Below, in pieces: positions 42,130-51,648 of a stretch of DNA of 62,278 nucleotides (the first letter of the stretch is position 1; every line of letters begins with the position of its first letter). Source of the DNA: Dimargaris cristalligena (Eukaryota); assembly GCA_003614675.1 (NCBI GenBank), contig ML002237.1, positions 1 to 62,278 on the forward strand, written 5' to 3'. The position numbers and the translations under genes are program-made. The notes beneath the pieces are model-generated. The model did no database searches and was not told the DNA's origin. It saw only the letters and a program-made list of their open reading frames with translations.

Positions 42130-43474
42130 CTTTTTGATCCTACGGTTTCGAAACGGGGTAAGGAGTAACGAATAAATCAGGATTGAAGAGGGAGCTTCAC
42201 CGCGGCCCGCCGGTTTGGTGTGTGTTTTATAATTCTAGTCATTACTCCTTTCCTATTTCCTTTGGGCGATATATAGGCCATTTGGTGGACACTTATTGCG
42301 CTCCCCCATAGCAACTATGGGTGGGTGGGACAATCGGTGGGATAAAATATGGGCCCATAGGGCTCAAGCCCTGGCTTACATTGGTTTAACCCATTTTTTC
42401 TAAATACCAGCAGCCATGTTGCACTAGTGGAGTTGGCTGGCTCCCCTAGTGGTTTAGCCTAACATGGATAGACTGTCAATATCATTGAAACCAGCCCCAG
42501 ACTCATTTAGTCCATGGCCACTCTATATTGGACCTCGACGATGTGACTCTCTATTTACCTCTGGCCCGATCTTCGTTAATCCGGGCAGGCCCATTTTCTA
42601 GAGATTCCCATTTAGCCAACTCAACTTTTTTAATAGAAGTCGCCCAGTGTATTACTCTATCCATACTGGCTGGCCATTTTATAGCACCAGGGACATATTT
42701 AGCCACAATTATGTCTAGTGCACCCACCAACCTCCGCAACTTTTCCTTCGACCCATCCGTTACAGTACTTTTGGCTTTAGCCTCTACCAGACAGGCTGTA
42801 CTATCAAATAAGGCCAATTTATGATGTAGCATAAATTCGTCACATTCCCGACTACACTGATATAATACGGTATCGCCAACCAAGCACTTTAGTCATTAAA
42901 AAGGCGTGACTAATATTGGGACAGTGGGTAAGCCAGTATTCGCTGTAGACGAACTGGCACTCCTGAATACCCTACTAATCCCACATATCTCTCCATACTT
43001 CTACCACCAACTAACATCGAAAGGTGGATTGATATTCGCTAGATTATCAGCGTACGCTTATAACGATGCTATTGCATTGAAAATCTACAGACCACTGTAC
43101 TTCTACAGTGGCGTTGAGCAACTGTAAAAGATAAATTTACGCGACAGGCAGCACAAACCGGCCGATTTCAAACAATAAACTTAAATAGAACCCATAGGTT
43201 ACTAACAACAACTGCATACAAGATTTAGGTATAATATCGCCTCATTATTGATGAACTGTTTAAATTTGGGACTTCTATGTAAAAATCCAATTAAACAGTC
43301 GTAGGAATAGAAAATTAGAGATAGCATACTCTATTGAAGCGCAATTAGCGACAGCGCCACATAGTATTTCCATTACCTGTCACGCGATCGTAGACGAAAG
43401 GGGGCAAATACCCATTTCGCTCATTAGTCACGTAATATATATTTAATAAAAGCATGCTTGATGTGGTCTTTTTC

Positions 43475-43593
43475 AGTTGTGGCCATATGTAAGCGTTAGC
43501 ACCGTATCCCGTTAGATCTGCGAAGTTAAGTGCTTATCAGCCAATTTAGTACTGAGGTGGGTGACCACTTGGGAATAGTTGGTGCTACAACTT
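43475..43593 (+). rRNA. 5S ribosomal RNA, solitary copy
   Basis: AGTTGTGGCCATA...GCACCGTATCCCGTTAGATCTGCGAAGTTAAG...TTAGTACTGAGGTGGGTGACCACTTGGGAATAGTTGGTGCTACAACT, about 119 nt. The 5' AGTTGTGGC pairs with the 3' GCTACAACT. It is followed by T-runs (Pol III terminator) and preceded by an AT-rich TATA-like stretch at about -40 to -25. Confidence 0.93.
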
Positions 43594-43609
43594 CTTATTT
43601 TTATTTTTT
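43594..43609 (+). terminator. RNA polymerase III oligo-T terminator of the 5S gene
   Basis: CTTATTTTTATTTTTT immediately 3' of the 5S sequence. Confidence 0.7.
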
Positions 43610-44874
43610 CAATGGCTGCATATCGATGAATATTCGACGACAAGTGGGCGCTTTCGGTTTGATGTACCCGACAAAGAGGTTGGCTAGGGTTTTTTAAGTA
43701 TAATAGTAGTTTTCTCAAACTCGGGAAAATGCAACTACCACATTAGCTGCGCCCAGCAAAATGACCAAGGCTGCGAGTGTGGATGTGGTATTATACTGCA
43801 CTTCCTTCTATATTTTATTATCTGATTTGACGATAACAGAGCGTACCTCTCAGCGAAGTGAGATTATGTACAAATTATTTTTGGTTGGGAATACTGACAT
43901 CCACATACCCTTACTAGATGGGTGGAGCGGGGTTGGGGGTTAGCTCCGGTAAGCTGGGCTGAAATAGATCAATTCGCTAAGGTTTTGATTATGATGGAGG
44001 AGTGCAGTCCCCCCCCACTCATTTTCCCGCTCATCGTCGCATTATTAACTTTGTACTATGAGGTGAGGGGATGGAAGGTTGGGCTCAATCACATTCTAAC
44101 AATGCTTCTCCCTCCGCCCGGGAGAGGGTCCCTCTTTGTTGACCATCCTATACAACAGCAAGTTGGTTTGTGATCAATATAGGGGATAGGGCCTTTAGCC
44201 TTGCATTGCTCCAATTGCCACACCTTCCCCTTAGACTCGCCCATTGGCCATAGCGCCCCAGCCCGTTTATCTAACCCTTGCTCATGGGGGACCCGTGAAA
44301 TCTACCTCTCATTACCACCCGCCCCCTGTACAAAGGCATAATCATCTGGGAGCCGACCTTGTATCGAGTTTTCAATAAACGAGTTGGCGACGCAGGTGAT
44401 ACTAGCAACCCTAGTTATATAGTAAATTGAGGGAGCATAGCAAAGGGTTGCTGCTCTACAGGATTTAATGGACCGGTAAAAGAAACGAGACCAAGGAAGG
44501 GTACGGAGATGGACTGGTATGTAAAGGGAAAGAAATACGAGTGGTGCCATTATGTGTTTTTGAGCAATGTTAGTTAGCGCTACCTCCCCCCCCCCTTCTG
44601 CTCCCCAATAATATGCCCCATATCCCGAGTATAAATACGCCGACCTGTCCCCCCGTTCTCTAAATATCATCCCTCAACGCTTCTACATTTTATTTCAAAC
44701 TATTTACTTGCTAAAGCACCGCTGCGTTAATTAATCTGCATTGTATTTTATTTTTAAAAATAGAACTCAAGTTAATTGACCGCCGCTTTGCTCGATTTAT
44801 TTAACTTTTAATTATATCATTAGTCCAGCTCCCACCAACCAACCCCCTCCTTTGCGCACGTTACATTATCCAGC

Positions 44875-45096
44875 ATGGTGGCCTTGCTGAAATTCGCAAT
44901 GGTTTTAACTGTCTCTCTTGCTGTCCTCTCGGCCAAAGTGGACGCTTCTATCCCTTTGATTCTCCACAGACGTCTAAGTGATGCAGCATTCGTTCCAAAT
45001 GCGTTCCAGATGGCTAGCGGTTTGGCCTCGGCTCAATTTGGTATGACAGCTTCTCCAGAAGGATTCGACCAGAGTGGTGTCGTCAAGGCTAAATGA
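44875..45096 (+). CDS. Small secreted protein / peptide precursor (73 aa)
   Basis: Classical signal peptide MVALLKFAMVLTVSLAVLSAKVDA followed by a dibasic HRR site. TATAAATA at about 44630 and CAGCATGG start context. Confidence 0.72.
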   Translation: MVALLKFAMVLTVSLAVLSAKVDASIPLILHRRLSDAAFVPNAFQMASGLASAQFGMTASPEGFDQSGVVKAK

Positions 45097-45922
45097 AGAT
45101 CTGTCATTCCTACACATTTACTTTTTTTATTTATTGTATTTATCCATCCACTGCATTCCCTCCCAAACACCGCATTATTATTATTATTTTATTCCGGGCT
45201 GACCCGGTACAGTTAACTTTGACCATTTTGACTCACGCGATATAGGTCATACCGTCAATTAGCACTAGTAGGTTTAGTTAATATTCAATTTCAAGTTTCC
45301 GAGTGCTCTACCAGACTGTAATATCGGACAATTTTCTACCCACTGCGCATTCGTTGAATTATCTGGTTCGTTTTCCCGTGCTTGCATTGTTACCCCAGTC
45401 TTTTTCGGGTAGGTCCCCAATAAGACCCCTTTTATTTTTTCTGTTATCAATAAAATACGCCTTTCGAACACTCGGCTAGCCTTGTAAAAAGCGACTCAGA
45501 GGGGGCTTCACTTGGTAAATTAATTGTTATCAGGGCTAGTCTTTTACTCCCTCTCCCCCTTCAACCAAACAACCCACCAGTTGAAGTAGGAAGAGTGCAG
45601 GGGGCTGTGGGTGAATAAGCTGTACCACATTGTAAAATATTTTCCCATTCCTATGTAGGCTGAAGTATGGTTATAAGTGAAATTATCTTTTATATATTTT
45701 CTGCTTTAAACCACTTGGAAAAAAAAAGAGCGCCGAAAAATTGAGGCAAGTAAAGTGAAGAAGTAAGTGGCCAGCCCACAGTAACTAGGGCACATTGGAT
45801 TTCTCTGACTTACTTTAATTTTCTAACTTCTGCCCCCCTGTCAACGCATTCACCTGCCATTACACTCTGCATTAACCCTCGTCTGAGCGAGCCTCCATTT
45901 ATTTTTATCCACTTCGCCCATA

Positions 45923-46996
45923 ATGCTTAAGCGCGTAAACAAAGGCTACGCTGAACATTACGGCGAGAAACCCCAAAAGGTCCAGCGGCGTAACGAGGAT
46001 TCGGACGACTCCGATAGCGATCTGGACAGCGACCGAGACATCAACTCCGATGACTCGGACTACGACGAGGAGAAGGAGCGCGAAGTCCTCAATTACATGC
46101 AGGCTAAAATAGCCGAAATGAGTGACGTCAGCGACAGCGAAAACGGGGATAGCGACGGCGACGTTGATACCGATAATCACCCACGGGCTTCCTCTAAATC
46201 TAAAAATCTCTTGACCGCCCCGGCCTCCAAGAACGAACCGGAGGAGAGTGCGGAAGATAGCGGTAGCGACGACCCCGATGCGGAGCCGATTCTGCAGTAC
46301 CGGTGCGCCCTCTGCCCCGAGAAGACCATTGGTAATGTCAAGGATGCCGAAACGCACGTCAAGGGTCGCATGCACGCGAAACGACTGGCCCGATTCTTGA
46401 AGGAAAATGGGCCGCCGGCGGAAAATGGTAGCAAGAAGACTGAAGCGGCTCCGGCAAATAAGGCCCAGGAAACCCCGAAAGATGCTGGTAACGCTAACGG
46501 GGATGGGAATGATAGCGTTGCTAGTACTGGTACTGATGATATTGCTGATGCTGATGCTAGTACCCAAGTGCCTGCCACTGAGGCAGTCCCAACGACAACG
46601 GTCGCCGAACAAGTTCCGGAAACGGATGAAGCCGCGATGGAGACCAACGACAACCAGCTACCAGTAGCCGAAAACCCCCCGAAGAAGGCCAAGCGCGACC
46701 AGGTGCCAGTAGCCGAAAAACTCCCAAAGAAGACCAAACGCGACCAGGTGCTGCCAGCAACCGTCAAAGACACCTCAGCAAAGGATGGTACCCCTGTTCC
46801 CCACCGGGAGTCGGCCAAAAAAGCGAAATCCAAGTCGGATACCACTGGAGTCGACCGGTCGTCAGTAGCCAAAAAGGCGAAACAAAAGGAACGCACCGCC
46901 GAACCGACTCGGCCATTAATGGCCCAAAACCTCCCGAAGAAGGAGGCTGGCTTTGACCGGTCGGCGTCTCTCAAAAAGACGACCCCCAAGGTCTAA
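45923..46996 (+). CDS. Uncharacterised nuclear/nucleolar protein with an acidic N-terminus, one C2H2 (U1/matrin-like) zinc finger and a Lys-rich tail
   Basis: CALCPEKTIGNVKDAETHVKGRMHAKR finger, D/S/E-rich tract and NLS-like PPKKAKR/LPKKTKR 15-aa repeats. Confidence 0.8.
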   Translation: MLKRVNKGYAEHYGEKPQKVQRRNEDSDDSDSDLDSDRDINSDDSDYDEEKEREVLNYMQAKIAEMSDVSDSENGDSDGDVDTDNHPRASSKSKNLLTAPASKNEPEESAEDSGSDDPDAEPILQYRCALCPEKTIGNVKDAETHVKGRMHAKRLARFLKENGPPAENGSKKTEAAPANKAQETPKDAGNANGDGNDSVASTGTDDIADADASTQVPATEAVPTTTVAEQVPETDEAAMETNDNQLPVAENPPKKAKRDQVPVAEKLPKKTKRDQVLPATVKDTSAKDGTPVPHRESAKKAKSKSDTTGVDRSSVAKKAKQKERTAEPTRPLMAQNLPKKEAGFDRSASLKKTTPKV

Positions 46997-47921
46997 AAAG
47001 GGGGGTGGATCGGTTTACTAACCATCAAGGTGGGGTGATACTACCGGTAATATTCCGCCTGACTCTAGCTCAGCGTGATCATTTCATTCACTGTGCCACC
47101 TCGTTTATCATATCTACTATACTGATTGGGAAGGCTGCACTTTCTTATAACCGAGAAATCTCTTGATGCGGCATGGCCTGCTTTACACTAATAAACTAAA
47201 TAAACGACGCCTACAGTTTCTGGAGAGTTGGGTGATCTTCATTGTTTAAAACGCGGCGTGTGGACTTGAGGGAAGATACCCCCGTTTAGTTTAAAGTGGG
47301 CTCGTTTATTTTGCGGAACCGGGCAAGTACTTACTTATTTACTAGTTTTTGGTTGGAGGGTGGTGATGTTCCTGAGGGAGATTCTTCCTGGGCCGGAAAC
47401 CCCCCACAATCCTGTTGGGGAAAAACAAAAAGTGTTCCCGTGATGTGGAAGGCACAGACGAGTGCGTGCGTGGTCTTGGCTATTGTTAGTGGGTGGATTT
47501 CCATAGTGAATACGTCAGACAAATGGGGAAGGCTTGGCATTGGCATGCTGTAACTATTATTCCCCCCTACTGCAAACTCCTCCGTCCACACTCGACAAAA
47601 AAGGACCTTCTCCCTCTCTTCCTATCATAGCCCAATAGATAATAGCGGACAAATGAATATACATATATATATATATATCGGCCAGTTTATTATATATATA
47701 ATATATATACTTCCGGGTTTCTTTATTCAGGTCTTTTTTCCTATTATTTCGTTTTTGGTGCCGTTATATTGACTTGTTCTCTATACCTCGCGTGTTGTTG
47801 TGTATCACCACCACCTCCCCTGTCACAAGTTTATCTACTGCTTATCCCATACTCTCTCTCTGCTTCTCATCCCAAACCCACTTTCCATCTACTACTTTCT
47901 ATTACTGTCACTCTCATAGCC

Positions 47922-49475
47922 ATGTTCAACCGTTTCACCAATTTTGTGGAGGAGCAGGCCGGTCGCTTCAGCGGCAATTCCGACGACGATAAGGAGCGCG
48001 CTCCCTACGGCGGTGGCTATCAGCAATCGTCCCAGTACCCCGGTCAACAGGGCGGTAGCTACGGTGGCCAGTACCCTTCTTCCCCATACCAGAACCAAGG
48101 AGGCGGCGGCTACCCTGGCCAGCAGGGTGGTGGCTACGGCGGTGGCGAGGGTGGCGGTTATCCCAACCAGTATCCCCCTCAGCATGGTGGAGGCGGTCCG
48201 TACGGCCAGCATAATGCCTACCCCGGCCAATACGGCGGCGGGGGTGGTGGCGACATGAACTTCCAGGGTGGCGGACACTATCCCCCTCCTCCCAACCAGG
48301 GGTTCGGTGGAATGGGGGGCTACCCCGGCCAACAGGGCGGTGGTAACTACGGCCCCGGTGCCCATGTTGACCAACAGGGCCATCAGGTGTACCAACCCCA
48401 TGATTCCCAGGCCTACAACAACCCCCCACCGCCCCAGGGGCCCGGTCCCCACGGGATGCACATTGCCCCACCCGGCAGTCAGTTCTACGCGGATCCCAAC
48501 CAGAGCGGCAACGGAGGCATGTACTCCCAGGAAATCGGCGGCTACCAGATGTCGCTGTCCAACTGTCGGGGGCGCAAGAAGGCTCTGTTCATTGGTATCA
48601 ACTACTTCAACACCGACGCCGAGCTGAAGGGTTGTATCAACGACGTCAAGAACATCTCGTCGTTCCTCATTGAGCGCAAGGGCTTCAAACAGAGTGACTG
48701 TGTGTTCTTGACCGACGACCAGCAGGACCCCAAGTTCATCCCCACCTACGCCAATATCCAGGCCGCCTGTAACTGGCTGGTCAAGGGCGCCAACCCCGGC
48801 GATTCCCTCTTTGTGCATTACTCGGGCCACGGGGGGACCCAAAAGGACACCAACGGGGATGAGGCCGACGGCTTTGACGAAACTATCCTGCCGATTGACT
48901 ACAAAGAGGCGGGCCAAATCCCCGACGACTTGCTCAACGAGTGGTTGGTCCAACCCCTCCCCCAGGGTGTCCGTTTGACCGCGGTTTTCGACTCGTGCCA
49001 CAGCGGGACCGTGCTCGACCTGCCTTATACTTACAACTGCGACGGGTCCATCCAGGTCATCACCTCCGATAACCGCAAGGAAGCCGCCATGACCCTCCTC
49101 AACGCCGGCATGAGCTTCCAACAGGGTGACTCCATGAAGGCCCTCCAGGGTCTGGTGCAGGGCTTTAAAATGTTCACCTCGGGCGGCCAGGCCAACGAAG
49201 CCGACAAGCTCACCAAGGAAACCAAGGGTACCACAGCTGATGTGGTCATGTTCTCCGGCTGTCGGGATGACCAAACCTCGGCCGACGCCCAGATTAATAA
49301 CCAGGCCACCGGGGCCATGAGCCACGCCCTCATTGAAGTACTCACCAATTCGCAGAGCCTCGTGTATACCGAATTACTCTTCTCGATTCGGGATATTCTC
49401 AAGTCCAAATACAAGCAAATTCCCCAAATGTCCACTGGTCGTCCCATGGATATGAACACCGAGTTTATCATCTAA
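47922..49475 (+). CDS. MCA1: Type I metacaspase with a Gly/Tyr/Gln/Pro-rich prodomain, intronless
   Basis: KKALFIGINY, LKGCINDV, catalytic HYSGHG and DSCHSG, FSGCRDDQTSADA, QIPQMS. The real ATG is at 47922 (GCCATG); the ORF-track TTG start is upstream UTR. Confidence 0.97.
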   Translation: MFNRFTNFVEEQAGRFSGNSDDDKERAPYGGGYQQSSQYPGQQGGSYGGQYPSSPYQNQGGGGYPGQQGGGYGGGEGGGYPNQYPPQHGGGGPYGQHNAYPGQYGGGGGGDMNFQGGGHYPPPPNQGFGGMGGYPGQQGGGNYGPGAHVDQQGHQVYQPHDSQAYNNPPPPQGPGPHGMHIAPPGSQFYADPNQSGNGGMYSQEIGGYQMSLSNCRGRKKALFIGINYFNTDAELKGCINDVKNISSFLIERKGFKQSDCVFLTDDQQDPKFIPTYANIQAACNWLVKGANPGDSLFVHYSGHGGTQKDTNGDEADGFDETILPIDYKEAGQIPDDLLNEWLVQPLPQGVRLTAVFDSCHSGTVLDLPYTYNCDGSIQVITSDNRKEAAMTLLNAGMSFQQGDSMKALQGLVQGFKMFTSGGQANEADKLTKETKGTTADVVMFSGCRDDQTSADAQINNQATGAMSHALIEVLTNSQSLVYTELLFSIRDILKSKYKQIPQMSTGRPMDMNTEFII

Positions 49476-50226
49476 GCCGCCGGTGGCGGTGGATTGGTCT
49501 TCCGTTATATATCTCTGACGGAGAATATTACGCTCTACTATATATACACATTCATTATGCGCACACAGTATCATTTTGTTCAGTGACCGGTACACGTGTT
49601 CGCCCAGACTCTTCCTTCCTCCTCCTCCATGTATACGATGGATATGTTCCTTTTCGTTGGTTCTGTTCACCGTATTTTGGTCTCACCTAAATGTACATAA
49701 GGGAGTAGTAATATTAAATATGTGTTTCCCCTCTTCCTCTATCTCCTCCCTGACTGCTTTCTATTTTTTATTATTATACTCTACTCTTCACCCCTCCCCC
49801 CTTTCATTCGCCTTCATCCTGATAGTCCGAGCTCGCGTTATTTTTTTGACCTACTCCATGGAATAAAGCTACATCTTTATTTACATTTAAAGGGTAAATA
49901 GATTTCAGAGTCATCAACATATGCATATATATATATATATATATATAGATAGATAGATAAGAAGTGTGTTACAAAAAAATAATACCGGGCCATTAGTATG
50001 TGCAAAAACAAGCAAACAAGAAGAGGTAAGACGTCCTAAAAACAAATGAAGTTATTCAGATATACAATAAAAAAAAGGAAGGAAGGGGGGCAATAGATTG
50101 GGGGAGATGGCGTTTACTATATCACACATACAACACCCATATTTATATTGCATTTTGTAAGGGAAGAGTCATTAGTAGAAGTTGCGGTAATAAACCGCGG
50201 GGTGATGAGGGGGGGGGGAATTCAAT

Positions 50227-51648
50227 TTAAAAGACGGTAGAAGTGGGACGGGGACGGCACTTCTTCTTGGTGGGGGCCGGGACTATCGGGGCCATATTGG
50301 CCGGGTCCGATTCCATGGTGGGAATCACCACTGGGGCCAAGTTTTCGGTAGGGATAGGGGTCACTTCCTCGTTCATGGGCTCCGGGTCCGTCGTCGGGGT
50401 AGTGTCAAAGTTAGCAGGCTCGTCCACCGGGGCCAGCATAGGCGCAATGGTTTCCTCGGCAGCGGGCATGAGGCTGGTTTCGGTAGAAGTAGTAGTAGTC
50501 GTTGTGTCTTCTTCAGGAACCATAGCGGCCACGGCGGGGACAGTGGTGTCATCGGTGGTAGTGGCAGCGGCGGGCTGTTCATCAACGGTGGTTTGGGGGG
50601 CACACTTGGACTGGGCTTCGCAGTCTTCATTTTCGGGAACCATGGCGGCAATGGGGACGACGGCCGCTTCCGTGGCAGCCGGCTCTTCAACGGTCGAGAA
50701 GCTGGTTTCGGTAAGAGTAGAAGTCGTCGTCGTCGTCGTTTCTTCTTCTTCAGGTACCATCATCGCGGCGGCAGCGGGGTCTTCGTCCACGGTGGTTTGG
50801 GGGGCACACTTGGACTGGGTTTCGCAGTCTTCATTTTCGGGAACCATGGCGGCAATGGGGACGACGGCCGCATCCGTGGCAGCAGGTTCATCCGAAGAAG
50901 TGGAAGTGGTGGTAGTCTCGCTATCGCCAGCCGCCAAAGCAGCGGCCACCGGAATCGCCGCTACCGCCGCCGGGGCCAAATTCGAACCCTCGTCGGAGGT
51001 AGTTTCTTCCGTCAAGTAAGCGCCCGTGGCCGTAGGGGCCAGGGCAATGGGATCCAACGAAGTGGTTTCGGTATTCAAATTACCCACGGGCACCACGACT
51101 GGAATGGGGATAATGGCATTGCTTTCGCTAGTAGGCGTGGCGGTGGAAGTGGAGGTATCGGTGGCGACCAAGTCAGCGGCAGTAGTGGTCGAGGTGGTGG
51201 TGGTGGTGGACGAAGATTCAGCACCGCCCAAGTTAGCCAAGCCCAACCCTACAGCGGCACCCAGTGCGGCGGGAATAGCCACATTAGAGCTTTCCGTTTC
51301 CGTAGGGGCGGCCGAGCTCACATTGGTGGTTTCGGTAGCGGCAGCTAAAGCGGCGGCACTGGCGGAAGAAGCACTTTCGGAGGCTGCCAAGGCAGCGGCG
51401 GAGGCACTTTCCTCGTCGGCCTGGGCCTTTTCGCCCTTTTCCTTGAAGTATTTGACCGCTTGGTAGCCCAAGGCGCCGATGGCGCCACCCGCGAGGATCG
51501 TTTTCAAACCCCGCTTATCCAACTGGCCCTGCTGTTCGGTGGCGGAGGGGGGTTGGGTCCGGGTGGGAGTGGGCACGGGGTGACTAAAAGTACCACTGGC
51601 GCTTAGTAGAAGCGCGGTTAGAAAAGGAACGGTTAATTTTTGATGCAT
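50227..51648 (-). CDS. Secreted Thr/Ala/Glu/Pro-rich mucin-like protein with a Kex2 site and an internal repeat
   Basis: Signal peptide MHQKLTVPFLTALLLSASGTFS, LDKR dibasic site and two copies of EPAAT(D/E)AAVVPIAAMVPENEDCE(T/A)QSKCAPQTTVDE. TATAAATA on the minus strand at about 52039-52046. Confidence 0.88.
   Translation of the reverse strand: MHQKLTVPFLTALLLSASGTFSHPVPTPTRTQPPSATEQQGQLDKRGLKTILAGGAIGALGYQAVKYFKEKGEKAQADEESASAAALAASESASSASAAALAAATETTNVSSAAPTETESSNVAIPAALGAAVGLGLANLGGAESSSTTTTTSTTTAADLVATDTSTSTATPTSESNAIIPIPVVVPVGNLNTETTSLDPIALAPTATGAYLTEETTSDEGSNLAPAAVAAIPVAAALAAGDSETTTTSTSSDEPAATDAAVVPIAAMVPENEDCETQSKCAPQTTVDEDPAAAAMMVPEEEETTTTTTSTLTETSFSTVEEPAATEAAVVPIAAMVPENEDCEAQSKCAPQTTVDEQPAAATTTDDTTVPAVAAMVPEEDTTTTTTSTETSLMPAAEETIAPMLAPVDEPANFDTTPTTDPEPMNEEVTPIPTENLAPVVIPTMESDPANMAPIVPAPTKKKCRPRPTSTVF

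Noticed and set aside
47892-49325. 477-aa antisense ORF opposite the metacaspase
   Set aside because: Mirror-frame shadow of a GC3-biased gene that avoids TTA/CTA/TCA codons; no recognisable motifs.
50243-51466. Long plus-strand ORFs over the secreted mucin-like gene (similar shadows at 10021-10719, 45905-46989, 60595-61284)
   Set aside because: Shadows of low-complexity, GC-rich coding sequence.
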